Positions 52,343-64,000 of a stretch of DNA of 64,000 nt are shown one piece after another. The first letter of the stretch is position 1. Every line of letters starts with the position of its first letter. This DNA is from the human T2T-CHM13v2.0 reference genome, Homo sapiens, in the NCBI RefSeq assembly GCF_009914755.1, contig NC_060930.1, one strand, 5' to 3'. Made by a program: the position numbers and the translations under genes. The notes beneath the pieces were generated by a model. It was given only the letters and a program-made list of their open reading frames with translations. It ran no database searches and had not been told where the DNA came from.

Positions 52343-54559
52343 TTATAACTTTAAAAGGATTCTGTTCCAAAAAGTGGTCAATAAGAACTATACCAGCTTT
52401 AAATTCTGATTTTTTTAAAGTGAAGGAAGATAGGAGAGCTTGAGATAATTTCCTGTTCCTGAATCTCTAATTTAGTATAGTGCTCTCCTGCTAGTAGTTT
52501 GAGCTGACAAAAGAATTGACTATGGTGTGAAAGAAATTGAATTACATCTTTGCCTCCCCCCACCTTCAATTTAGGAGCATTTTCAAAATTAGGCATCAAA
52601 ATGCAAAAACATCATAAAATAAATTTGAAATGCAGAAATTACTACTTGCACAGTGTCTGTACAATTTTAATTCTAAACATTTCTAAAAACTCAGTTCTAA
52701 GATAGCATTTTCCTGTGCGTGAAGGGAGGTGGAATGGATAATTTGAATTACAAAAAAGACTTGATAACCCCCCACACATCAATTTACCTGTGAACAAAAA
52801 GACTCACACTGAGAAAATGGGACTTGGGACTATTTGATAAATTACTACAGACTACTTGAATATTCCATTAGCAAAATAATAGCTCGTTATGGAATCTCAG
52901 AAGAATGTAGTATAATTACAATAGTACTATCCTCCCTTGGAGATTGGGAGGAATGCAAATGTTCAAAATGATAGCTATTTAACCAATGTTAGAGAAAAAT
53001 GCCTGAAAACAAACTCGGAGGGTATATGATTTATGGAACTTAGGGAAATTATTATAGTTTCCACCAGCTTTAATTAGTTGAATGTGTTTCTACCAAATGA
53101 AGGTTATTCACATTATTGGGCCATATAGATGTATATATGCACACCCCACATGTGAGTAATGGTAGAATTACCTTAGTCTCTGTTAAAATTTTCTGTAAAC
53201 TGCACCTGGATGTATTTGAGAAGTGATGACATGTTCACATTTTCAGTACCAGGTGAGAACGTTTTGAGAAGTTGATTATTGGAAAGAGGTGCTAAAGTAG
53301 AAGATTAGAAAAGGTATATGATGGAGGGAAAGAATGGAGGGTGGGAATGAAGGATCAAAGAGAAAGAAAAAATGGAATAATGAAAAGAAGCCTAATGTCT
53401 AACTTATAAATATGATGACCTCTATCACAAACTAAAGTACAAAATTACAACAAAATTGCCCAAGTTTTTGAACCAATTAATATGTATCAAGTGCCCTTCT
53501 CTTGCTACTGGACCCAAATGATATATAAATGGATAAACAAAACTAATTTTTCTTTAACAATTTAGCTTTTTCAGCCATAAGATGTTGTGACATCCAATAA
53601 ACGAATCAAGCCATTTAATTTTTAATCAAGCCATTTAATCTCTTAAAATTAAAAAGTTGCTTTAAGAAAATAAAACGTATAATAATTACTAATGTTGGCT
53701 ATGAGAGCACATTCAACATGTGGCTTTTATTCCTTTTGTAAAGCTGGCATGTCCCAAATTTAGGAAATTTGCAAAATATTTCTAAGCGAGAATTTTACAG
53801 TGAGTGTTATGCTCAATGAGCAGGGATATTCATACCTAAACCACGTTGGTATGTTTAATGTCACTTAGTTGGAAATGAAGTTTGCAATGGCTCAAACTTC
53901 CCCATGTGAAGTATATATTTGTCTAGGTTCCCATCCTTTTGTAAAGATCACTGGAGACAAAGTCAACTTAGAGAATATTTAAGGAAAAACATTTCCATAT
54001 TAAAAGCAATAATATAGAATAGTTGTGCTTATCAGAATGCCTAGAATCTTTTATTCAAATGTCTTAATAGGATGAACACAGGACTTTACCCAATGTATTC
54101 ACTACCAGACTGTCAAGGCTAGAACTTGGCAAATAAACACTCAATATTTGCAGAATGAATATAATAAAGAAAACATAAAATAACATGTTAAGTAAGACTG
54201 TATATGTTTTCCCAACATACAGCCAACTTTTAATTATTTGTTGGTAACCAGTGGCATTGATAGCCCAAAATCATGATGAAATTTGGAAAGTTTATATGTT
54301 TAGAGAAAAATGCTTTAACTTTCTAAATGATGATTCTTTTGGGCACAAAATATCCTTCTAGTTCTTCTACACACAGGCAGTGTTATGGGAAACAGTGACT
54401 AGGAATATAACTAAAGAAATAAGATTCCTTTGTATAACCTATAAACAGAAAACCAAATGTAACTTATTTAGCATTCGTCTGTGACAATAGTATTCAGAGA
54501 TTAGACAAGTAACATTCTGTAATATTTAGTAATTATTCCAAAATTTTTTCTTAACCTTG

Positions 54560-55330
54560 GTTGGTTCTGGGTAACATGGAGTAAGCATTCCTCCTCTCTC
54601 CTGTTGAAACTAACTACAAAGCCTAGGGAGAATGCATAGAGCAGCTATTTGTGGGCTCTGTAAATACCAGCAAGAGGATTGGAGAAGTTCAGAATTCCAA
54701 ACTCACCAAACCCAAACCAGAAGTTTTTTCCCCTCTGACATCCTTTGTCTTGGATTTAACACAGCCAGAAACTTGGAAGTGAGCACTCCTATAGATACAG
54801 AAAATTCCAGCAGGAGCCAAAAAAGGGGAACCTATCACCCCTGAGAGAGATGTCCAGCCCCCACCCTCCTTTCCTGTGCCAGGCCCTAGGCCAACCTTGT
54901 CCAACCCGCTGCCTATGGACTGCAGACGGCCCAGGATGGCTTTGAATGTGGCCCAACACAAATTTGTAAACTTTCTTAAAACATTATGGGATTTTTTTTT
55001 TGGCTTTCCTTTTTTTTTCACCCAGCTCATAGGCTATCATTAGTGTTAGCGTATTTTACGTGTGGCCCAGGATATTTCTTCTTCTTTTAATGTGGCCCAG
55101 GGAAGCCAAAAGATTGGATATCCCACCCTAGGCTATCCCATGGCAGCCCTGGCAGTTACAGTATGGAAATCCAGAAGAGACAGACTGACTCCAAGCAAGG
55201 AGAGCCTTTCTGCGCCTTCCCAACAGCTGCAATTTCAAGAAGGTGGGGCTAATTCCCATCACTTGTTTTCTCTCTCTCCCCCTCCTGTTGCTTGGCCCAG
55301 GTTGGAGGCAGAATCTTCTGTAGACACTCT
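54560..55330 (+). mobile_element. Old L1M 5'-UTR-like fragment, interrupted by MER30
   Basis: ttctgggtaacatggagtaag...ctcctgttgaaactaactacaaagcct resembles an L1M 5' end. Confidence 0.45.
54892..55125 (-). mobile_element. MER30 (hAT-Charlie)
   Basis: ttgtccaacccg...ggcccaggatggctttgaatgtggcccaacacaaatt...gtggcccagggaagccaaaagattgga; perfect 8-bp TSD CCCTAGGC at 54884-54891 and 55126-55133. Confidence 0.95.
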
Positions 55331-55891
55331 TCACCAAATTTAGGGTATTTTCAGCCATGATTCTTTCAAATATTTTTTCAGCCTCACTCTTTTTTTCCCT
55401 GCCCACTCTGACATTCTAATGATATAACTGTTAGACCTTTTGGGATTGCTCTACAAGTTTGTGATGTTCATTAGTTGTTTTCTTTATGTGGTTTTTCTCG
55501 GTTGTACAGGTTGAATGGTATCTACTTATCAATTGTCAAGTTTACTGACTCTTTCCTCTGCCATCTCCACTCTGTTATTAATACCACCCTATGAGATTTT
55601 TATTTCTCATAGTGTAGTTTTCAATTCTAAAATTTCCATTTGTATCTTCTTTGTCTTCTGTTTGCTGAGATTTTTCTATGTTTTCATTTGTTGGAAGGAT
55701 GTTTCTGTTATCCTTTGTTATTGGAGAAGTCTTAAAACTGCTTTCAAGTTTCTATGAGATAATTCCAACATCTGTGCCATCTCAGTGGTGACCACTGTTG
55801 ATTGTCTTTTCCTAAGCAAGTTGATATTTTTCGGGTTTCTATATATGCTAACTAACTTCAAATTATGTGGTGGGTATTTTGAGTCTCTGGG

Positions 55892-56290
<399 letters not shown>

Positions 56291-56908
56291 TAGGACTTGA
56301 GCAGTGGTCTATCCCCTAGTTCAGTTCTCAAAGTCTATGCATTCTATTCAGGTTTACATCCGTGCACACACAGCTCAGGGTTAGTAGTTAGGAGTTCATG
56401 TGCAACTAAAAGGAGTTGTTTTCTCAAGCTCTTACCTCTTTGAAATCTTGGGACTTTCTGGTTTCTTGAGGGTCCTTTTTTTAGTCATCTGGCCAGAAAT
56501 CTAAAGCATCCTGTTTCCACTCTGCTTCACACTGTACTTGATTGTAGCCACGTCAGAAACAAGTGTGGGCAGTGGGAGCTGGGTAGGGGAAATAACACCA
56601 TTGCTCTAAGATTATGTGATGTCTGAGGCACCAGAAAACAGAGCAAAGAAAACAAAACAAAGCAAAAAACAAACATGGACTTCCACACTTTCTCTGAGCA
56701 TTAGGAGGTCCTTTTAGCTTTCCTTGAGCGGGAACCAGAGTGATTTTCCTGAATTTCTGTCTGTGCCAGTGATTCCTTCTGGTCCTCAGGCTATCTTGAG
56801 TTCAGGCAATGGAATTCCAGAGAGGAAAAAATTTGGTGAATTCACTGTAGTTTTGATGGTTCTTGACTTCCGGACTTCTGATTCAATCCACCTGCCCCTA
56901 TTTTCTTT

Positions 56909-57334
56909 ATTCTTTTCTTTTTTTTTTTTTTTTTAACTTTTAAGTTCAGGTGTACAAGTTCAGGTTTGTTATGTAGGTAAACTTGTGTGGTGGGGTTTTT
57001 TTGTACAGATTATTTTATCACCCAGGTATTAAACCTACTTTTTTTTCCTGATCCTCTCCCTCCTCCCATCCTCCACCCTCTGATATGTCCCAGTGTGTGT
57101 TGTTCCCCTTTAACTGTCCGTTTGTTCTCATCATTTAGCTCCCACTTATAAGTAAGAACATACAGTATTTGGTTTTCTGCTCCTGCATTAGTTTGCTAAG
57201 GATAATGACCTCCAGCTCCATCCATGTCCCTGCAAAGGACATGAGCTAATTCTTTGTTATGGCTGCATAATATTCCAAGGTGTATATGTACCGCATTTTC
57301 TTTAGCAGTTTCTCTTCAGATCGTATAAATCTTT
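56909..57334 (-). mobile_element. 5'-truncated L1PA (about PA10-13) 3' end
   Basis: poly(T) then ttttaagttcagg...catcatttagctcccacttataagt...cctccagctccatccatgtccctgcaaaggacatga; TSD CACCTGCCCCTATTTTCTTT at 56889-56908 and 57335-57354. Confidence 0.92.
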
Positions 57335-57994
57335 CACCTGCCCCTATTTTCTTTTCAGAGTCATCTGCTTCATCCACATTCTTTCTAGGTACATTGTTTT
57401 ATAGCTACATTCAGTGAAAGAGTTGGTTGGAGTGGAGTGTCCTTCATCCATCTTAGCCAGAAATAAATCTTTCTCTCTCTCGTATCTATATCTGCATTTA
57501 TATTTACCTGTATCTTTCCATTTCTCTCACTCTCTAATTTCTCATATATGTATTATCTACCTATCTATCTAATCTATCTACCCATCCATATATTTGACTG
57601 GCTTAGACGCTAGAGTATAAATCTGTGAGTTGTTAATCAACATTTTGTTTTTGCAGTGTTTTTAACTGTTTAGGTTAAAGCTTCTTAATCCAAAAGCTAG
57701 CTTCAGAATTAGTAAATATAAGGCATTAAAGGTTTAATGGGGAGGTTTAGGAAATTGAGTTAGTCAAATATAATGCATAAATGTTCAGTTGTATGTTTTT
57801 CATCCTGCTGTAGAGACAAAGATTTAGACCTGTGGTAGGGTTCATTATTCTGAATGAATCTGCGTTCAGATTCTGTGTGTCCAGGAACATAACAAATTGA
57901 ACCATCTATTCACCACATGCTTGAGTCCCCTTGATCTTATCTATGCTAAGTGGCAATCATTCTAGGATGAATTTAGAACCACTGCTTTATAATG

Positions 57995-58230
57995 CTGTCC
58001 AGTCTGACTGCTAGAAAATTCTCCCCTAAATTTGAAGCCAATTCTATTTTTTTCTGCAATTTTAACCCAGTTTCCATTTTTCTTCCTCTTTGGGTCTTAA
58101 AGAAGAGGGTTTTTAAAAAATCTATTTACTTTTTTTCCCCCAAACAGGAAAGCCCTTTAAATATTTGAACACAGTTTAGCTTTCTCCTCCTAAACATTCC
58201 TGGGTTTTCTGAAAGGTTTTCCTATAACAG
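57995..58230 (-). mobile_element. L3/CR1 fragment
   Basis: tagaaaattctcccctaaat...ctgcaattttaaccca...agccctttaaatatttgaa. Confidence 0.45.
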
Positions 58231-58234
58231 TCTA

Positions 58235-58352
58235 TGACCATGTTTCTCTGGGTGGTCTGCAGGCCATCTGTTGCCGAATATTCTGAGGTTCCTATTAAAA
58301 AAAGGCCGACCTGTAGGTTTCACCTCAGATGTACTGAATCAGACTGTCAGAT
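58235..58352. mobile_element. MER5-like hAT fragment
   Basis: gtggtctgcaggcca...tattaaaaa...cacctcagatgtactgaatcaga. Confidence 0.5.
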
Positions 58353-58847
58353 TGGAGAGTCATTGCTCTCTGCTGTTGGAGTTGGGCCCCAGCTGGGCTC
58401 AGTGTCAACCTGCTCTGTTCTCCTTTTAACTGAGTTTTCTCTGCCCATCAAGTGAATACCAGTGGGGAACTTACCCTTAGAATCTCAAAAGTACTGTACT
58501 TTGAAAATGTTTCCAGAAATTGGCAAGGGCATATGCCTTGGGATTCCTGTATTCTCTGATGGATAATATAATTTATAGCAAGCAATGCAGTGAGAGCCAG
58601 GATCTCTGAGAGTCTAAGACACTGAAGTTACAAGTTTAAGGGGCCATTTGTGGGTCAAAAAGACTAATTAGGGAGAAAGAGAGCTAGAGATGTGGAGCTT
58701 GGTAAAGTGATTTTTATTGTTATTGCTGCTGTTATATTCCACGGGCGCTTACACACTATGTTGGTGGAGTCCATTCCTCCAAAGGAGAGAGTCAGTAAAA
58801 GTTTAGTTTAAATTCTTTCTTTGGGTCCTAATGGAAATCCTTTTGTA

Positions 58848-59075
58848 TAAGTGTTGATCCTCAACCATGAAGAAGTGGCAACTCCCTGTGAGAAGAAATT
58901 TGCAGCCGACTTTCCTATGAAATTCAGTTGAAAGTTGAAAAACAAAATAGCAATACCAAGGTTCTATGTTTAGAGATTCTGATTTGGGAGGCCTGCAATA
59001 AGGCCCAGACGCCCATTTACTTTAAGCTATCCAGTGATTTGCGTATGCGTCTAGGGCTGAGAACCGCTCTCCTAA
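58848..59075. mobile_element. MER5-like hAT
   Basis: agagattctgattt...aggcccag...cagtgattt...gggctgagaaccgct. Confidence 0.55.
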
Positions 59076-59726
59076 ATATTTATGTAGACATTCCTTTTGC
59101 TATTATCAAAAGTGATGTGGACACTTCCAGCTAATTGATAACAGAATCATAAAAAAACCTGGTAACTATTTGGGAATAAAACTCCTCTCTTCTAGTCCAT
59201 TTATTTTGAAAAAAAAATCCGATTTAAATTTCTAGAGAAGAGAGAGACATATTTGCATTAATTGGGGAGAAAATCTCTTTGCAACAGGGAATAAATAAAA
59301 GGAAATAAGTTGAATTCAGGGAGGAAAATTCTTTATTTTGCTTCAGAATCAGTAGCATATAATGAAAATCTGTCACTTTAAAAAATAATAAGTTGGTTTC
59401 ACTAACCTGTATAACATTTAGCCCCCTCCTCCTACTAGTCAGGCCCATGAGATAAAAAGAAAACTAAAAGCAGTGAGTGTTTTTGGAGCTATAAGCTAAA
59501 ATGTATTCTAGAGCATCTCGAAGACAAGTAGCTATTATTCATTCTGCCCCTAGAAGCATATATGTAATTGGGACTGTGGGCCCCAATTGCTTTAACTTGA
59601 AATACAACTAACATTTTTTTTTTCACTCTCTTCATATTCATACGTAGTGGTTTTTCCCTTTTCCCTCTCCTGAAAACAATACACTTTAGCAAAACCACAT
59701 TATAACCAGTCTTGACCTTATTTATT

Positions 59727-59766
59727 CCCACCCTCCTACCTCCCTACCCCCCTACCCCCCCACCCC
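59727..59766 (-). other. G-quadruplex motif (minus strand) / i-motif (plus strand)
   Basis: Minus strand reads GGGG T GGGGGGG TA GGGGGG TA GGG...GGG T GGG. Confidence 0.7.
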
Positions 59767-60302
59767 TGCTACAAGATTCAACTTTCACAGCTGTTGTGAT
59801 CTGTGGGCCAAATCAAAGCTAAGAGAAGCTTTGTAGTTTCTGAAATTTTCCCTTCTTTCCAGAAAGGAACAAGAAGTCTTGGAATGACTGAGCCACTGCC
59901 AGCCAGCACAGATCTCGCAAACCCAGCCTCCCCTCTCATCTCTCAGGAACTCAGCTGATTGAAGAAAGCCACCTGTTCCTAGGCCACCCGACTTTCTCTG
60001 TAATCAAGAAATAATGACCACATTTGAGAGAAGAACCTCTTTGTTGGTTCTGATAAGTGCCCTAGGAATTCATGGGGCAACCAAACTGAGCAAACTTCAG
60101 CTGAAATGAATGCCAAGGGCAGAACAGAGGCATGCTAATGGTCAGCTTTCATTTTTCTGTTTTTAATACCATCTGCATCTCTTTTGATATTTGAGTTACT
60201 ACTTCATGTTACGTAGCTATATTTTTACAAAGGATTTTTTCTTCCCCTTTGGAGTTTCAGCTTTTTATTAAGAAAATCTTTTAAGGGAGGATGTTCCAGT
60301 AG

Positions 60303-60387
60303 TATTAGGTGGGTGCAAAAGTCATTGTGGTTTTTGCCTCTCCTTTCAATGGCAAAAACCATAATGATTTTTGCACCAACTTTAATA
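60303..60387. mobile_element. Intact MADE1 MITE (miR-548-type hairpin)
   Basis: tattaggtgggtgcaaaagtcattgtggtttttgcc-tctcctttcaat-ggcaaaaaccataatgatttttgcaccaactttaata, TA-flanked. Confidence 0.95.
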
Positions 60388-60389
60388 AC

Positions 60390-60814
60390 TTGTGGACAGG
60401 GTTTGTGTGAGGAGTCAGCAGCAGACTGGACACTAAGACATGACCTAGGTTTGGTCAATTAGATGTTTCAGCCTGGGAATTTTTATCTGGAGCCAGTGAT
60501 GCAAAGAGAAAGAGAGAGATATTTAAAATGTGTTTATAGCTCTCAAGGTGTCCAGTGAGGGTGCAGCATCAAGCAGCATCAGTGTTCCATGGCTGCAGAA
60601 GTGACAGCTCAGCAGGGTATCTCTGCTAAAAAGCAGTTGTTTTTCTCGCTTCTTTTGCTACCAAGTTCTCATTCTTTCCATCTATTTCCTAAGTCTGATT
60701 GTCCAGCCGGCTGTAGATTCTGTGAGCCCCGTTATCTTTCCAGTAAATATTTTTCTATTTAAATTAGCCAGAATCACTTTCTGCTGCCTGCGACCAAGGA
60801 TCCTGTCTGATACA
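60390..60814 (+). mobile_element. LTR33-like ERVL LTR
   Basis: 3' end ttccagtaaat...taaattagccagaatcactttctgctgcctgcgaccaaggatcctgtctgataca. Confidence 0.6.
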
Positions 60815-62577
60815 TGTAAGATGAGAAGGGTGTGGTCATTAGAATGAGAAGTGATCATTTTAATTCCAAGCCTGGGAATATTCCTTAGGAAAATTTCTGC
60901 AGTTTTACAGTGTATGTGGAATTATCATCTGGAGCATAAGCACAAGATTGGAGATAAATATTAGAAGACTCAACTCTAGGGTACTGTAAAAAGTTGATGG
61001 GGTTTTTTAGTTGTAAGAGTAAATATACTTTTCTAGAGCTTCTTAAAATTAAATAAATGGTCATTTTTTTCTAAAGTAAGGTGGATGCAATCCTCCTTTG
61101 AAGACAGAGCTCCTGTTTGCAGTCTTTCATACATTACGTGTGTTAGAGGCCCTTAACAATAATGCTTAATATGAGAATTACTGCTTTTTTTTTGTCTTAA
61201 TATTGGATTGAAAGTCTTATCTTCTTCTGATTATTTGAATCTGGGTCAGGTATTCTCCACTATTGTGGGATTGAGGGAAGCAAGTAATAGCCACTCTATC
61301 TTTGGAATGTGCTGGCCCCTTTATCAATCACTTAGGCAACCTAGTTACAAAGGATTCCTCTCTGGGACACCTAGACTTTGAGGAACCCCAAAGGAAAGAA
61401 AATAAAAGCATCTAAAGCAGGCTTTTTTGTTGTGTGAGGGCTGTAGCAAGTGAATGGGGGGAGTCTTAAGCAGTTGTCTGGTTAGACAGAGCTAGTTAAA
61501 TAAGAAGAGTTGGTGAAGCCCGTGGGAGTCAAACCCTTCTCTCTATAGTTTTCCTTTGTAAAGGATAAAGATAGGGTTGAGTGAACCCAGAAGCTTTTTC
61601 CTGTCAGGAGGGAATTAGAACAAAGATTTTCTTTAAAGACAGTGTGCTTAGTACTGTCTAGTGACAGATGAATCTCAAAAGACTCAGTTGTGATAAAGCC
61701 CCAATGTGTAGATTCTCAGTGGAAGCAGAGTAACTTCCTAAACTTTTCTCTACTTGTCCTTTGTTCCGCTGACACCTAATTTCCTGTTTCTGGCTCTGTT
61801 CCCTCATCTTAATCCCATCCGGCCCTTTACCTGGAAGTATTCTTAGGAAAAAAAAAAAAAATCCAAGTTGTCCCCCTTCTGAAAATAAATATAAGTGCAA
61901 GTTGTCAAACAACCATCATGTCACAATAGAGTGGCACTGTGTTGAAATGCTCAGAAGATTTGGAGTTCTTATTCAGCATTAGATTTTCTGCTTGATTGAA
62001 ACTTTCTGAGTTCATTTTTCTGAGATACTAATATTTACTTACATTACAGGAATTCTGGGGCAAATAAATAATAGGAGCTAGAAAATCATTTAAAATACCC
62101 ATTGCTTCAAGAATGGTAAATGTGATGAAAACTTTTCTGTACACTTGCAAGGAACAACTCTCTTCACTTGTCTATAGTTACTCCATTTATTGCAGCTTAT
62201 CCTCAGCACCAGGCTACCAGGTTCCATGCAGTTCTATTGTTGCCACCTGTTTCCCTATAGATACTGAATTATTTTGTAGACTTCTTGTTATGACTTGTGT
62301 TTGACATGAAATTTTACTCAATGCAAATAAATTTTTATTACCGTATTCTAATATACAACTCTGGAGTATTATATATACATGATAAGCTGGATATATCTAT
62401 ATGAGATAATTGCTGAAAAAAATGTTTGACTGTGGTGGCCTGATTCCGTAAAACCAGTAAAGTTATATAGTCCCCATTTTCAGCATTTTGATACTGTGTT
62501 TCTATCATGATTCACATTTCTCCTTAGGGAATGTCTCTCAAATATGTAGGGAAGCAAACATGAAGAAATGTTTTGCT

Positions 62578-63074
<497 letters not shown>

Positions 63075-63197
63075 TCACTGAGTCAAGTATAAGCAATGCC
63101 GACTTTGTCAATTATTCATGATTTTGTTGGAGTTGGCTCCTGTCTATTTCCAGTTTCATTACACAGTGATTTCCTTCTATTCATGTATGCTGCATAG

Positions 63198-63398
63198 AAT
63201 AGTCCTCCCTTATCCATGGAGGATATATCTCAAGACCCCCAATGGTTGCCTGAAACCTAGAATAAACCCTAAATACACTATGTTTTTTCCTAAGTCAAAA
63301 ACATTCACCTTTTCACTTAAAGGGAACACTTTATGGCTTCTCTTTGGCATATCCCACTTACTAGCATCACTACTCTTGCACATTGGGGGTGATTATTT
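63198..63398. mobile_element. MER44 (Tigger7-derived) fragment
   Basis: tagtcctcccttatccatggaggata...caagacccccaatgg.tgcctgaaacc...actttatggcttctctttggcatatcc...agcatcactactcttgc. Confidence 0.8.
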
Positions 63399-63580
63399 TT
63401 AAAAATTTCAACATTTCAATAGCTTTAGGTGTGCAAGTGGCTTTTGGTTATGTGGATGAATTTTGTACTGTAGAAGTCTGGGTTTTCAGTGCACCCATCA
63501 CCTAAATACTGTACATTATATCCAATAGGTAATTTTCATCCCTCACACTCCTCACACCCTCTCCCTTCTGAGTCTTCCAT
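63399..63580 (-). mobile_element. L1PB-type 3' end
   Basis: tttcaatagctttaggtgtgcaagtggcttttggttatgtggatgaatt...cagtgcacccatcacctaaata.tgtacatt. Confidence 0.8.
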
Positions 63581-64000
63581 TGTGTTCATTTAGAATCAAT
63601 GCCTCCTCCCACCCCATGGATACCAGTGATTTGTTTTCTCTCCCTATGTTTTTGCCTTTTCCAGTATGCTATATAAATAGAATCATACATTACCAATGTA
63701 TTGGGTCTAGCTTCTTTCACTTAGCATACTCTACTTCAGATTCATTCACATTATTTTGTGTATCAATAGTTCATTCATTTTTATTGCTGACTAGTATCCA
63801 TTGTGAGACTGTATCACAGGTTATCTATTGATGTAATGAGGATATTTGAGTTGTTTTCAGTTTTTGGACATTATGAATAAACTTAGTATAAAAGTTCAAG
63901 AAAGATTTTTTTTATGAACATACTTTTTCATTTCACTGGGGAAAATTCCTAGGATTAGGATTGTGTCATTTGTTAAGTACATGTTTAACTTCATGAGAAA
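63581..64000 (-). mobile_element. Old L1M (MB/MC/MD-type) 3' region, runs off the window
   Basis: ttttgccttttccag...ataaatagaatcatac...cttctttcacttagcat...agattcattc...tcaatagttcattcatttttattgctga...ttgagttgttttcagtttttgg. Confidence 0.85.

Overview
Primate (most likely human) nuclear genomic DNA, AT-rich and apparently intergenic or deep intronic. I cannot support any protein-coding gene, rRNA/tRNA gene or CRISPR array. The ORFs in the track are Alu-derived, decayed L1 fragments, low-complexity artefacts or short chance ORFs. Much of the window is layered interspersed repeat: 9 Alu copies (J, S and Y types), old and mid-age L1 fragments concentrated at about 44-57 kb and 63-64 kb, many L2/MIR/L3 relics, two solo THE1 LTRs plus older MLT1/LTR41/LTR33-like LTRs, and DNA transposon fossils (MER2, MER30, MER44, MER58, MER102, MER119, MER5, an Arthur1-like hAT, two MADE1). 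Several insertions have readable target-site duplications. The most notable structures are: (i) a ~0.9 kb, almost pure AT, hairpin-bearing 40-bp minisatellite expanded inside an old L1; (ii) an intact MADE1 hairpin (miR-548-type) with an arm-to-arm compensatory change; (iii) repeat-poor segments with dense TF-motif clusters (~11.5-11.9 kb, ~26-28 kb, ~41.6 kb); (iv) possible poly(A) sites and non-coding exons in the first ~10.5 kb; (v) several young micro-duplications and fold-back structures. I found no evidence of a novel multi-gene system. Repeat family and subfamily calls come from recalled consensus sequences, not a database search, and boundaries without a TSD are approximate.
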